Source: an uncultured candidate division Zixibacteria bacterium (GTDB taxonomy: Bacteria; Zixibacteria; MSB-5A5; UBA10806; 4484-95). From it: a stretch of 64,000 bases of DNA. The position numbers and the translations under genes are program-made. The notes below the pieces were generated by a model, which did not search any database, was not told where the DNA came from, and saw only the letters and a program-made list of their open reading frames with translations. Shown in pieces: positions 28,434 through 39,456 of the stretch. Numbering within the stretch: position 1 is the first letter of the stretch; each line of letters starts with the position of its first letter. Where the stretch lies: contig CAXXKA010000001.1 in NCBI GenBank assembly GCA_963668625.2, forward strand, positions 192,001-256,000. The letters are read 5' to 3'.

Positions 28434-28964
28434 ATGAAAGTATTGATATCGGAGGAGAAATTAGCCTCGAGGATAAAAGCTTTAGCAAAGAAAATCAGGG
28501 CCGATTACAAAGATGAGGTGCCGATTTTCATTGGTATCCTGAAAGGAAGCTTTCTGTTCATGGCCGACCTGGTACGCGAATTCGGCGAGGATTGTCAACT
28601 CGATTTCATGGCAGTAGCCAGCTACGGCGCAAATAAAAAAGGATCGGGGGTTGTCAGGTTAATTAAAGATATTAATATAAATATCAAGAAGAGACGTGTA
28701 TTGATAGTCGAGGATATAATAGACTCTGGACTGACCTCCACCTATGTGAGGCAGTACTTGAAATTAAGAAAACCGAAATCTATTGATTTCGTTACGTTAT
28801 TGGATAAACCTGACGCCAGGAAGATTAAAATTGACTTGAAATATATAGGCTTTAAAGTGCCCAATAAATTCGTAGTCGGGTATGGACTGGATTATGCAGA
28901 ACGATTCCGTCAATTACCTTACATAGCAGAAATGGAAGATGAAGAAGAGGTAAAGAAACTGTGA
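28434..28964 (+). CDS. hpt: Hypoxanthine phosphoribosyltransferase
   Basis: [20 protein letters not shown]. Confidence 0.96.
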   Translation: MKVLISEEKLASRIKALAKKIRADYKDEVPIFIGILKGSFLFMADLVREFGEDCQLDFMAVASYGANKKGSGVVRLIKDININIKKRRVLIVEDIIDSGLTSTYVRQYLKLRKPKSIDFVTLLDKPDARKIKIDLKYIGFKVPNKFVVGYGLDYAERFRQLPYIAEMEDEEEVKKL

Positions 28965-30904
28965 GTTTTAATAAATCGAATAAAAACGAACCGCCGCATA
29001 ATGACGGCCCCGGGAGCAAGAAACCACCGGAGAAAGATCCGCAGTTCAAGTGGCAGAAAAGCTTGCGACCGCTTTTATTCTGGGCCGTGATTTTCATGAC
29101 CGGCTTGCTGTTCTACCAGATACTGGCGGGCGGCGATAAAGACCGTCTGACCGTAAACTATTCCGAGTTTCTCGGTGAGGTCGAGCGTGATAATGTCAAT
29201 AAGGTGACATTCGTGGAAAAGGATATAAACGGCGAATTCCGCGAGAATTTCACTAAAACTATCAATGGCCGAGAGGTAAGCGGAATGAATTTCAGAACCC
29301 GCATACCACTCGAGGATCCCGATCTGGTAAAGTTATTGGGAAAACATAATGTCATCATCGAGGCCGAAACCTCCAGCCATTGGGGAGGCCTGCTCATAAC
29401 AGCCTTACCCTGGCTCATACTGGTGTTCTGGATGATGTTCATGCTCCGGCAGATGCAGGGCGGCGGGCCCAAAGGCTTATTCTCGTTCGGTAAATCCAGA
29501 GCCAAACTCCTGACCGGCCAGCGACCTAAAGTAACGTTCAACGATGTTGCCGGTACCGATGAGGCCAAACAGGAGCTTCAGGAGATAATAGAATTTTTGA
29601 AAGACCCGGCTAAGTTCCAAAAACTCGGCGGTAAGATTCCCAAAGGAGCGCTTCTACTTGGTCCTCCCGGATCGGGCAAGACTTTGCTCGCCAGAGCAGT
29701 CGCCGGCGAGGCGGGCGTGCCGTTTTTCTCGATGTCCGGTTCGGATTTCGTCGAGATGTTCGTAGGCGTTGGCGCTTCGCGAGTTAGAGACCTGTTCGAT
29801 CAGGGCAAGAAAAACGCGCCCTGTATTATTTTCATAGATGAGATCGACGCGGTAGGCCGTCATAGAGGAGCCGGTCTGGGCGGCGGTCATGATGAGCGGG
29901 AACAGACATTGAATCAATTACTGGTTGAGATGGATGGTTTCGAATCCAACGAGGGGGTTATTCTCATCGCTGCAACCAATCGTCCCGATGTTTTAGACCC
30001 GGCTTTACTTCGCCCCGGACGTTTCGACCGTCAGATCGTAGTCGACCAACCTGATGTCAAAGGCCGCGAGGGTATTCTTAAAGTACATGTTCGTAAAATC
30101 AACATATCCGATGAGGTGGACTTGAAAATCCTGGCTCGCGGTACGCCGGGACTCTCCGGCGCCGATCTGGCCAACCTCGTCAACGAGGCGGCATTACTGG
30201 CTGCTCGAAAGGAACATGATAAAGTAGTCATGGATGATTTCGAGGAAGCCAAGGATAAGGTCATGATGGGCACCGAGCGTCGTTCTATGGTTATTTCGCC
30301 CGAGGAGAAAAAGATCACCGCCTATCACGAGGCCGGTCACGCCCTGGTGGGCAAACTGATCAAGAACTCCGATCCGATTCACAAGGTGACAATAATACCG
30401 CGTGGTATGGCTCTGGGCGTCACTCATTACCTGCCCGTGGATGAAAGGCACAATTTATCGAAAGAATATCTCGAAACCAAATTGGTGCACCTGATGGGTG
30501 GTCGTGTTGCGGAGACGCTCGTTTTTAACGAACTAACCACCGGCGCAGGCAACGATCTCGAGAGGGCAACGGGCTTGGCGCGCAAGATGGTGTGCAATTG
30601 GGGAATGTCGGAGAAACTGGGGCCGCTCACTTTCGGCAAGAAAGAAGAGCATATTTTCCTGGGTAAGGAGATTTCCCAGCAACGAGATTTCTCCGAACAG
30701 ACGGCGTTAGATATCGACAGCGAGATAAAGAAGATCGTAATCGCGGCTCAAAAACAGGCCGAGGAATTGCTTTCCGGTAATTTAGATAAACTTCATACTC
30801 TAGCCCAGGCATTGCTGGAGCAGGAAATGCTGACCGGCAATCAGATAGATGAAATATTAAAGGAGAACGAGGAAACTGAAAAAATCACAGAAGAAAAAGA
30901 TTGA
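28961..30904 (+). CDS. ftsH: ATP-dependent zinc metalloprotease FtsH
   Basis: Two TMs, [13 protein letters not shown]. Confidence 0.97.
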   Translation: MSFNKSNKNEPPHNDGPGSKKPPEKDPQFKWQKSLRPLLFWAVIFMTGLLFYQILAGGDKDRLTVNYSEFLGEVERDNVNKVTFVEKDINGEFRENFTKTINGREVSGMNFRTRIPLEDPDLVKLLGKHNVIIEAETSSHWGGLLITALPWLILVFWMMFMLRQMQGGGPKGLFSFGKSRAKLLTGQRPKVTFNDVAGTDEAKQELQEIIEFLKDPAKFQKLGGKIPKGALLLGPPGSGKTLLARAVAGEAGVPFFSMSGSDFVEMFVGVGASRVRDLFDQGKKNAPCIIFIDEIDAVGRHRGAGLGGGHDEREQTLNQLLVEMDGFESNEGVILIAATNRPDVLDPALLRPGRFDRQIVVDQPDVKGREGILKVHVRKINISDEVDLKILARGTPGLSGADLANLVNEAALLAARKEHDKVVMDDFEEAKDKVMMGTERRSMVISPEEKKITAYHEAGHALVGKLIKNSDPIHKVTIIPRGMALGVTHYLPVDERHNLSKEYLETKLVHLMGGRVAETLVFNELTTGAGNDLERATGLARKMVCNWGMSEKLGPLTFGKKEEHIFLGKEISQQRDFSEQTALDIDSEIKKIVIAAQKQAEELLSGNLDKLHTLAQALLEQEMLTGNQIDEILKENEETEKITEEKD

Positions 30905-31457
30905 TAAAAAATCTATCGAAGAGGGCGTCAAGCTAATATTAAAGGGTTTGAAGTTAAACGGCGATGAAGAGGGATTGAAAGATACCCCGAGACGTATCGC
31001 AGAGTTCTACGAACAATTCTTTACGGGATTGCAAAGAGACCCGGAGGAAAAGTTAAAACTGTATCGCGCGGAAAACAAGGATGAGATGATTATCGCTCGC
31101 GATATTCATTTCTTCTCCATGTGCGAACATCACTTTTTGCCTTTTTATGGTTATGTGCATATCGCCTATATTCCGGAAAACAACACTATTACGGGTTTTT
31201 CTCGTTTGGTTGATGTTATCGAGACGGTAGCGCGCAAGCCGCAGATACAGGAGCGCATGACTACAGAGATCGCTGAGATTATCATGGATGTGCTTCACCC
31301 AAAAGGCGTGCTCGTTATAGTCGAGGCCGAACAGCTATGCTTGACTATGCGTGGTTTCTCCCAGCCGGGATCGAAAACAGTCAGTTCCGCGATAAGAGGA
31401 ATTTTACGTAAGGATGCCACACGCGCCGAGGCGCTGGCATTGATAAAATCAAAATAG
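30876..31457 (+). CDS. folE: GTP cyclohydrolase I (start probably CTG 30876 or ATT 30900)
   Basis: DTPRR, CEHH, QERMT, LC..RG; conserved N-terminal helix [14 protein letters not shown] lies upstream of the first TTG. Confidence 0.93.
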   Translation: MKKSQKKKIDKKSIEEGVKLILKGLKLNGDEEGLKDTPRRIAEFYEQFFTGLQRDPEEKLKLYRAENKDEMIIARDIHFFSMCEHHFLPFYGYVHIAYIPENNTITGFSRLVDVIETVARKPQIQERMTTEIAEIIMDVLHPKGVLVIVEAEQLCLTMRGFSQPGSKTVSSAIRGILRKDATRAEALALIKSK

Positions 31458-31505
31458 TCCGATACGCAGCCGGCGCTCGCATCATTTTGGGAACTATATA
31501 CTATT

Positions 31506-32327
31506 ATGAATCAACCGTTACGTTCAGAAAACAGGCCTATGGTAATGGGCATATTAAATGTCACGCCCGATTCGTTTTCGGATGGTGGCAAATTTTACCT
31601 TGCCGATAACGCCGTGGCTCAGGCTCATTCGATACAGGAGCAGGGCGCTGATATTATAGATATCGGGGGCGAATCGACTCGACCGGGCGCCGCGGAAGTG
31701 TCGGTTGAGGATGAGATCAGCCGCGTGGTTCCGATTATCGAAACACTGAAAAAAAAACTCAGCATTCCCGTCTCGATCGATACGCGCAAAGCCGAAGTTG
31801 CCGAGAAAGCTTGCCTCGCGGGAGCATCGATCATAAATGATGTTTCGGGATTGGTTAATGATGAGGATATTGCAAAGGTCGCGGCTGAATTCAATACATA
31901 TTTGGTGTTGATGCACATGCGGGGTACCCCCGGCGATATGCAAAGTGATCTTCACTATGATGATTTGATCGGCGAGATTTCAGAATTTCTGGCAGATGCC
32001 GCCCGCAGGGCGATTAATATCGGCGTGGCCGCGGACAAAATCGTGGTCGATCCGGGTATTGGTTTTGGCAAAACTGTCGAACATAATTTTAGTATCATTA
32101 AAAACATTTCAGCTTTCAAAAGGTTGGGTTACCCTGTGTTGATAGGCGCGTCGCGTAAGTCGTTTATCGGTAAAACTCTCGATCTGCCGGTTGACTCGCG
32201 GCTCGAGGGTTCGCTGGCAGCCGCTGTCAGCTCGGCTTATTATGGAGCGGATATTATCAGGGTTCATGATGTTTTACCTACCGTGAGAGCGCTGAAAATA
32301 ACATCCCGGATTCTTGAGGCTGTTTGA
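31506..32327 (+). CDS. folP: Dihydropteroate synthase
   Basis: GILNVTPDSFSDGG, DPGIGFGK, SRK, IIRVHDV. Confidence 0.96.
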   Translation: MNQPLRSENRPMVMGILNVTPDSFSDGGKFYLADNAVAQAHSIQEQGADIIDIGGESTRPGAAEVSVEDEISRVVPIIETLKKKLSIPVSIDTRKAEVAEKACLAGASIINDVSGLVNDEDIAKVAAEFNTYLVLMHMRGTPGDMQSDLHYDDLIGEISEFLADAARRAINIGVAADKIVVDPGIGFGKTVEHNFSIIKNISAFKRLGYPVLIGASRKSFIGKTLDLPVDSRLEGSLAAAVSSAYYGADIIRVHDVLPTVRALKITSRILEAV

Positions 32328-33091
32328 TGACGATTTTTACTATCGGATTTATCGAGTTTACCTTAATCGACATGTTCGATGTACTTTTAGTCGGCTATTT
32401 TTTCTATAGATTCCTGCTGTTACTCAAAGGCGCCAGTTCGATTCAATTATTGGCGGGGCTGGTATCGTTTTTCGCGATTGGCATGATCGCTTACTGGCTC
32501 GAACTTTCGATGGTGACCTGGTTTATCTCGAATATAGCGGCGTTCGGAATTATAGTGGTGGTGATCATATTGCAGCCTGAGATCAGGCGGGCGTTCGCCC
32601 GGTTCGGCCAGAGCGGTATCATTCGCTTGCTTCTGAGAAGCGAATCGAAAAGCGCGGTAGATGAGATCATTCGAGCGGTGGAGAAGCTATCCGATATGCA
32701 TTACGGCGCGTTGATAGTTCTGGAAAATAACTCCAGCTTGACTAACATAGTCGATAGCGGCAAGGAGCTGAACGCTATAGTTTCGCAAGAGTTGTTACAG
32801 AGCATATTCACGCCCTACACTCCTCTTCACGATGGCGCGGTGATAATCAAGGGCGATCAGGTCATAGCCGCAGCCTGTACTTTGCCTCTTTCTCAGAATC
32901 CGGCTTACCATCGCCTGCACGGTATGAGACATAAAGCGGCGGTAGGCGTTACCGAGGAAACCGATGCGTTTGCCGTGGTTGTCAGCGAGGAAACCGGGCA
33001 AATATCCTATGCCAGTAAAGGCAAACTTCATAGGGATATTCGCCTGCAAGAATTGAAATCGATAATCAAAGAACTGTATATAAGTAATTAA
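32327..33091 (+). CDS. cdaA: Membrane-bound diadenylate cyclase (CdaA type)
   Basis: Three TMs, QPEIRR, PLHDGA, GMRHKAA, VSEETG. Confidence 0.9.
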   Translation: MTIFTIGFIEFTLIDMFDVLLVGYFFYRFLLLLKGASSIQLLAGLVSFFAIGMIAYWLELSMVTWFISNIAAFGIIVVVIILQPEIRRAFARFGQSGIIRLLLRSESKSAVDEIIRAVEKLSDMHYGALIVLENNSSLTNIVDSGKELNAIVSQELLQSIFTPYTPLHDGAVIIKGDQVIAAACTLPLSQNPAYHRLHGMRHKAAVGVTEETDAFAVVVSEETGQISYASKGKLHRDIRLQELKSIIKELYISN

Positions 33092-33092
33092 G

Positions 33093-34067
33093 ATGTTTGT
33101 AGATTACGCTGAAATCGAAGTCAAAGCCGGTAATGGCGGAGATGGTCATGTTAGTTTCCGACGGGAGAAATGGGTGCCGCGAGGCGGCCCCGATGGCGGT
33201 GACGGTGGCAAAGGCGGGGATATACTCGTGTATGCCAACGAGAACATGAGCACGCTTCTCGATTTCAAGCATAAGAACATATTCAAAGCCGAACATGGTG
33301 AAAACGGTGGCAAGCGAAATAGATCCGGTAAGAATGGCAGCGATACGCTCATACAGCTTCCGCCCGGTACGATAATTCGCGATGCCGAAACCGGCGAGTT
33401 GGTTATCGATTTGAAGCTGGACTACCAAAAACACGTAGTAGCCAAAGGCGGCAAGGGTGGCAAAGGCAATACTCATTTCAAATCGTCTACCAACCAGACG
33501 CCGCGTCAGGCGAAACCGGGACGACCGGGGCAGCAGCGCAAAGTAGAGCTGGAGCTGAAACTCATCGCCGATGTCGGCCTGGTGGGTTATCCCAACGCCG
33601 GAAAATCCACGTTATTATCGCGTATCTCCGATGCCAGGCCAAAAATCGCCAACTATCCGTTCACCACGCTGGTACCTAATCTTGGTATAGTGAAAACATC
33701 CGAGTTCCGCAATTTCGTGGTTGCCGATATTCCAGGCGTGATCGAAGGCGCTCATTCTGGCAAGGGATTGGGGCTGGAGTTTCTCCGTCACATACAGAGA
33801 ACCTCGGTGCTGGTATTTTTGATCGAGTGTACCGAAGATGATCCTGAGATTTCATATAATATGCTGCGCGCAGAACTCGGATTATTCGATCCCGAACTTC
33901 TGAACAAGCCTACCCTGGTAGGTGTAAACAAGATCGATATATTCGATGAAACATCCAGGAAGAGGTTCGATTCACTACCAGATGACTGGTTTAAAATCTC
34001 GGCAGTCACCGGCGAAAATGTCGATAAGCTGGTAAACCGCGTAACTAATCTCGTTTTTAAAAACTAA
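33093..34067 (+). CDS. obgE: GTPase ObgE/CgtA
   Basis: FRREK..PRGGPDGGDGG, GYPNAGKS, YPFTT, DIPG, NKID. Confidence 0.97.
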   Translation: MFVDYAEIEVKAGNGGDGHVSFRREKWVPRGGPDGGDGGKGGDILVYANENMSTLLDFKHKNIFKAEHGENGGKRNRSGKNGSDTLIQLPPGTIIRDAETGELVIDLKLDYQKHVVAKGGKGGKGNTHFKSSTNQTPRQAKPGRPGQQRKVELELKLIADVGLVGYPNAGKSTLLSRISDARPKIANYPFTTLVPNLGIVKTSEFRNFVVADIPGVIEGAHSGKGLGLEFLRHIQRTSVLVFLIECTEDDPEISYNMLRAELGLFDPELLNKPTLVGVNKIDIFDETSRKRFDSLPDDWFKISAVTGENVDKLVNRVTNLVFKN

Positions 34068-34083
34068 ACTTAAGACCGATGTT

Positions 34084-35182
34084 ATGATTGATACTCGTTT
34101 CGCCTTGATGCTTTCAGGTATCGGAGGTATCGGGCCGGCAAAATATAAGAATCTTATCAAGCATTTCTCCGACTACGATCAGTTGAAAAACAACGGCAAC
34201 TTCGATTTGTTCAGAGAGTGCGGTTTAACCGATACGCTCGTTAATAAATTGATGAATTTCGATGATTGGCGGAAAATCGATCGTCTTATTGAAAAAAACC
34301 AAACGAGAAAATATTAGCGTGATGTGTTTGGGGCAGGATAATTATCCTGAACTACTCTCGCATATTTATTCGCCTCCCACGGTGCTTTATGTTAAAGGCA
34401 ATACCGACCTGTTGCACCGTCCCTCCGTAGCCATAGTTGGCTCGCGTACCCCTACGGCTTACGGTCGCTCGATGGCCGCGAAAATCGCCTCGGGACTGGC
34501 GGCGGCTGGATTGGTAATCGTCTCCGGGCTGGCGACCGGTATCGATTCGGAGGCGCATAAAGCCACTCTCGATATAGGCGGTTATACCGGAGCGATTTTC
34601 GGCAATGGCATTGACGTAATTTATCCCGCCGATAACCGAGAATTGGCTGAAAAGGTATCACAAAGCGGATATTGCCTTTCGGAGTTTCCACTTGGAGCGA
34701 CCCCGGAAAGGCATAATTTCCCTCGGCGCAACCGGATTATCTCGGGCCTGTCGCTGGCGGTGGTGGTGGTCGAGGCGGCCGCTCGTTCTGGGGCACTGGT
34801 CACCGCCGATATAGCCGCAGAACAGGGGAAGGATGTTTTCGCGGTGCCCGGCCCGGCAGACAGCCCCAAGAGCGATGGCACCATTAACCTTATCAGGCAG
34901 GGTGCTTACGTTGCCGCCAACGCCGAGGATATATTGCAAAATTTAGGCTGGGATGTTTCGGCTAAAACGAATGAACCCGATAAAAGCACGATGCCCATTA
35001 ACATAGAACTTGAACTCGACGAACAGAAAGTATGCGATATGATAACATCCGGCCCTTTACATTTCGATGAATTAGTGCGAAATTTAAACTTGCCATCACC
35101 CAAACTATCCACCATCTTGCTGAAACTTGAATTGGCAGGGCTAGTGGTAAAACGGCCCGGTAACTATCTGGCGAGGTCTTGA
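34084..35182 (+). pseudogene. dprA: DNA-processing protein DprA, frameshifted at the A7 tract 34292-34298
   Basis: N-terminal GIGGIGP helix-hairpin part in one frame; AIVGSR, VSGLATGID, FPRRNRIISG, VFAVPG in another; removing one A fuses them. Confidence 0.8.
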
Positions 35183-35183
35183 A

Positions 35184-35450
35184 ATGATATCCAGGGATGT
35201 GACAATAGTAAATAAACTGGGGCTTCACGCTCGACCGGCAGCGCTTCTGGTTAAAACATCAAGCAGATTCAAAGCCGAGATTCTTTTCAAGAAGGGGAAT
35301 CTCGAGGTTAACGGTAAGAGTATAATGGGTGTTATGATGCTGGCGGCGGAACTCGGTTCGGTGATAACAATCACGGCTGACGGTAAAGATGAAGAACAGG
35401 CGGTAGCCGATATAATTAAGGTGTTTGAATCTAAATTCGGTGAAGAGTAG
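35184..35450 (+). CDS. ptsH: Phosphocarrier protein HPr
   Basis: GLHARPAA (His15), KSIMG (Ser46). Confidence 0.96.
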   Translation: MISRDVTIVNKLGLHARPAALLVKTSSRFKAEILFKKGNLEVNGKSIMGVMMLAAELGSVITITADGKDEEQAVADIIKVFESKFGEE

Positions 35451-37244
35451 ATGATACAGAAAATCAAATCGAAATCGCTCGAGGGCGTTGCGGCCTCGCC
35501 GGGAATTATCATCGGCAGGGCGGTGGTGCTCGACAAAGGCCAAATCGACGTAAAACCTGTTTCCATCAATGAATCTCAGGTCGAACGGGAGATTAATGAT
35601 TTCCGAAGGGCTATAGCTCGTGTTCGGGATGATTTGTTGAACCTGTCGGTGGCTGTCGGTAAGCGGTTGGGCAAGGAGTATGCTCATATATTCGAGGCGC
35701 AAGCCATGATAGCCGATGACCCCGTGATGATCGATCGGGTGATCGAACTGACCCGTGAACGCAGAATTCAGATAGCTTACCTGTACTACCAGGAGATAAA
35801 CGCCGTAATCGAACAGCTTTCGCAATCGGATAATCCTTATCTGAAAGAGCGGATTTTAGATATAAACTCGGTCTGTACGCGTCTATTGGGAGTGTTACAG
35901 GGCGTAAAAAAATCGGTTGTCGGGGATGTCGAGGGACCGACCGTAGTGATCGCAAAGTATCTCGCGCCCAGTGATCTACTCGGTTTCTCCGTAAGGAAGC
36001 GTGTTGGATTCGCGCTGGAACTCGGCGGCGTGACCTCACATACCTCATTGCTGGCCAAATCACTCAACCTGCCGGCGATAGTCGGTATCGGCGGTATACT
36101 CGAACATGTAAGCACCGGTGATAAAGTCATCCTCGATGGCTACTCGGGCAAGCTGATTATCCGACCCGAGCCGTCGCTAACGCAAAAGTTTAAAACCAGG
36201 GTGAATTTCCTCAAGGACTTCAACCGTACTGTCGGGCAGATTAAAAGCAAAGAGGCGGTAACCCGCGACGGCCATCAGGTGAAAGTGCTGAACAATATCG
36301 AATTACCCAACGACTCGGCCCGGGTGGCTAAATCGGGAGCCGAGGGGATAGGCCTGTTCAGAACCGAATATCTGTTTATCACCGAAAACAGCATTCCCGA
36401 TTTTGATAAACAATATAAAGCTTACAAATCCATACTGTCAAAAATGGGCGACAAGCCGGTTTTTATTCGTACGTTCGATCTGGGCGGCGATAAATTCATC
36501 GCCGATAAATTGCAGGCTGTCGATCCCAACCCGTTTCTCGGCTGGCGCGCGATAAGGTTCTGTCTGGATAGGCCGGAGCTGTTTAAAACTCAATTGAAAG
36601 CCCTGTTAAAAGCCTCCCGGTTCGGAAATCTACACATAATGTTACCGATGATATCCAACCTGGATGAACTTCGCGAAACGAAGGATTTGCTGGAGCAGTG
36701 TCGAAACGAACTCAAATCCGAACGGGTTGTTTTTAAGGAACATATTCCTCTGGGGATAATGGTCGAGGTACCCTCGGCTGTCGTATTGGCGGAACATCTG
36801 GCGCAGGAGGTTGATTTCTTCTCGATTGGCACCAATGACCTTATTCAATATACCCTGGCAGTCGACCGCACTAACGAGAAGATCACACGGTTGTACCAGA
36901 GTTTCAATCCTGCTGTATTTAAAATGATAAAACAAACCATAGACGCCGGGCATAGGCACAACATTGATGTCGGTATTTGCGGCGAGATGGCATCCAACCC
37001 GCTGGCGGCGATTGTCCTGGCCGGTATGGGGATAGACGAGCTTTCCACCAGCTATCTTTCCACCGGTATGATGAAGTATATTATCAGGAATATCGATATG
37101 AGCAAAGCCGGGGAAATGGCCGAGAAAATCATCGAGATGAAAACCGAATCGCAGGTTACCGAATATCTGAAAACCCAGGTAGATATTTATTTTTCCGAAT
37201 TAACACCGTTGTTTGAATTCATACAAGGAGCGAACCATGGTTGA
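35451..37244 (+). CDS. ptsI: PTS enzyme I
   Basis: TSHT, GLFRTE, NPFLGWRAIR, SIGTNDL, CGE. Confidence 0.96.
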   Translation: MIQKIKSKSLEGVAASPGIIIGRAVVLDKGQIDVKPVSINESQVEREINDFRRAIARVRDDLLNLSVAVGKRLGKEYAHIFEAQAMIADDPVMIDRVIELTRERRIQIAYLYYQEINAVIEQLSQSDNPYLKERILDINSVCTRLLGVLQGVKKSVVGDVEGPTVVIAKYLAPSDLLGFSVRKRVGFALELGGVTSHTSLLAKSLNLPAIVGIGGILEHVSTGDKVILDGYSGKLIIRPEPSLTQKFKTRVNFLKDFNRTVGQIKSKEAVTRDGHQVKVLNNIELPNDSARVAKSGAEGIGLFRTEYLFITENSIPDFDKQYKAYKSILSKMGDKPVFIRTFDLGGDKFIADKLQAVDPNPFLGWRAIRFCLDRPELFKTQLKALLKASRFGNLHIMLPMISNLDELRETKDLLEQCRNELKSERVVFKEHIPLGIMVEVPSAVVLAEHLAQEVDFFSIGTNDLIQYTLAVDRTNEKITRLYQSFNPAVFKMIKQTIDAGHRHNIDVGICGEMASNPLAAIVLAGMGIDELSTSYLSTGMMKYIIRNIDMSKAGEMAEKIIEMKTESQVTEYLKTQVDIYFSELTPLFEFIQGANHG

Positions 37245-38283
37245 TAATGCGTTGAAAAAACATGATCCTGACAAGATGTATGAGAAAATTAACGATTTCT
37301 ACAGGCAATTAAACGAAGGCCTCGAAACAGGCAAGCTGTCTGATCTTCCAAAAATCGAGACCGGCAAAATCAGCAATATCGTATTAGCCGGTATGGGCGG
37401 TTCGGCTATCGGCGGCGAACTGCTGAAAAGTTTCCTGAAAACCGAGCTGAAAACGCCGTTCGTGATTCATCGCAATTACGATCTTCCCGCGATAGTAAAC
37501 GAAAATTCCCTCCTGATTTGCTCTAGCTACTCCGGCGGAACCGAGGAGACTCTTTCCGCGTTCGAAGCCGGGCAAAAGATTGGCTGTAAAATACTATGTA
37601 TTACCACCGGCGGAAAACTCGGCGAGAAAGCCAAAGCCGGCGGATACGATACGATTATCATACCCTCGGGAATGATGCCCCGGGCTGCGCTGGGATATTC
37701 GTTCACACCGCTTCTTATGGCTTTCGGACGAATGGGATTTTGTTGCGACTACTCCGATGATATCAAAGCCTGTGCCAAACATCTGGAGGCCTGGTCATCC
37801 AGCTATTCATTCGAAAGCGATACCAATCGGGCATACGAATTGGCCGAAAAGATTTCAGGCAAGCTGGTCGTCATCTACTCGGGGCCTGATTATATGGACG
37901 CCGTCGGTTTACGGATAAAGGGCCAGATAAACGAAAACGCGAAACAGCACGCTTTCTTTAACGTGTTCCCCGAGTTCAATCATAACGAACTGGTTGGCTG
38001 GGAATATTCTCCGAACATAACTGATAGGTTCATAGTTCTAATTCTTCGAGACCGGGCGGATCATCCGAAAATCGCCAAACGTATGGATGTGGTGAAGAAG
38101 ATAATCGAGAGCAAAGGTATCGAGGCTGTCGAATTGGTATCGGAGGGGGAAACATTGTTGTCACGGATGTTTAACCTGATACAATTCGGGGATTTTGTAT
38201 CATACTACCTGGCCTTGATAAATGGGGTTGATCCTACCCCCATAAATGTAATAGAATACATGAAAAGCAATCTGGAAAAATAA
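37237..38283 (+). CDS. Bifunctional phosphoglucose/phosphomannose isomerase (SIS)
   Basis: GMGGS, SYSGGTEET, ENAK, PEFNHNE; AGGAG SD before ATG 37237. Confidence 0.9.
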   Translation: MVDNALKKHDPDKMYEKINDFYRQLNEGLETGKLSDLPKIETGKISNIVLAGMGGSAIGGELLKSFLKTELKTPFVIHRNYDLPAIVNENSLLICSSYSGGTEETLSAFEAGQKIGCKILCITTGGKLGEKAKAGGYDTIIIPSGMMPRAALGYSFTPLLMAFGRMGFCCDYSDDIKACAKHLEAWSSSYSFESDTNRAYELAEKISGKLVVIYSGPDYMDAVGLRIKGQINENAKQHAFFNVFPEFNHNELVGWEYSPNITDRFIVLILRDRADHPKIAKRMDVVKKIIESKGIEAVELVSEGETLLSRMFNLIQFGDFVSYYLALINGVDPTPINVIEYMKSNLEK

Positions 38284-38296
38284 AATAGGAGTTCAG

Positions 38297-39268
38297 ATGA
38301 AAGCGATCATACCCGCCGCGGGCATAGGCACCAGATTAAGACCTCACACTCATACGGCCCCTAAAGCATTGCTCCATGTTGCCGGAAAACCGATTCTCGG
38401 TCATATCATTGATGAACTCATAGCTTACAATATCCGTGAGATCGTTTTTATAGTCGGATTCCTCGGCGATAAGATTGTCGACTACGTAAAAGAGAATTAC
38501 GATATCAAAGCCAGTTTCATCGAACAAAAAGAACTCAAAGGTTTAGGCTATGCTATCTACCTGGCCAAAGAGCATTTTATCGATGAGCCGATACTGATTA
38601 TACTGGGCGATACGATTTTCGAGATAAACTTGAACGATGTATTAAATTCGGATTACGATTCGATCGGAACTAAAGTGGTTGATGACCCGAGGCGATTCGG
38701 TATCGCGGAAACAGATGGCGATTTCATTACCAGGCTGGTCGAGAAACCCGAGAACCCTACCTCTAATTTAGCTCTGACCGGAATCTACTACATAAAATCG
38801 ACCGAGCTTTTCGCTCGATCTCTAGAGGAATTGATCGTCAAGAAAATTACAACACGGGATGAATACCAGCTAACCGATGCTCTCGGCTTGATGTTGAGAC
38901 ACGGTTGCAAGATGACTACGTTCAATGTCGAGGGGTGGTACGATTGCGGCAAGAAAGAGACATTGCTGGAAACTAATCGTTATCTACTCACTCAGATAAA
39001 AACCGTGAATGGTCATGAAGACGCAATAATTATTCCTCCCGTTTATATCGCCTCCTCGGCCACGGTCACGAATTCCGTTATAGGCCCGTATGTCAGCGTC
39101 GCTGAAAACGCCGTTATCGAGTCGAGTATCGTAAAAGATTCGATCGTATCAACCAAAGCCGAGGTCAGGCATTGTCTATTGGAATCATCATTGATAGGTA
39201 ACAGCTCATCGTACACGGGACATTATCACAAGATGAATTTAGGCGATAGTTCCGAGATCGTATCCTGA
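38297..39268 (+). CDS. Sugar-phosphate nucleotidyltransferase (glucose-1-phosphate thymidylyltransferase-like)
   Basis: PAAGIGTRLRP..PK, EKP, C-terminal hexapeptide repeats. Confidence 0.88.
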   Translation: MKAIIPAAGIGTRLRPHTHTAPKALLHVAGKPILGHIIDELIAYNIREIVFIVGFLGDKIVDYVKENYDIKASFIEQKELKGLGYAIYLAKEHFIDEPILIILGDTIFEINLNDVLNSDYDSIGTKVVDDPRRFGIAETDGDFITRLVEKPENPTSNLALTGIYYIKSTELFARSLEELIVKKITTRDEYQLTDALGLMLRHGCKMTTFNVEGWYDCGKKETLLETNRYLLTQIKTVNGHEDAIIIPPVYIASSATVTNSVIGPYVSVAENAVIESSIVKDSIVSTKAEVRHCLLESSLIGNSSSYTGHYHKMNLGDSSEIVS

Positions 39269-39456
39269 TAAATTGCCTTCAATCTTCATACATTTAATAT
39301 AAATCTAATCGTTTGTACTTGCTTTATTCAATTTAACTTATTAAATTTTGCGAATGATTTAAGGGAGGGGCCCTTATTAATTATGATCCAGAGTAAAACA
39401 CTGAAATAGTTTATTCTTGATAACATACTTTTTGGATAAATAAGAGCGGAGGATAA

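Noticed and set aside
39380-39425. ATCCAGAG...GATAA upstream of metK resembles a SAM-I riboswitch
   Set aside because: Too short, and lacks the P2/P3 motifs (GAGGGA, GCAACC)
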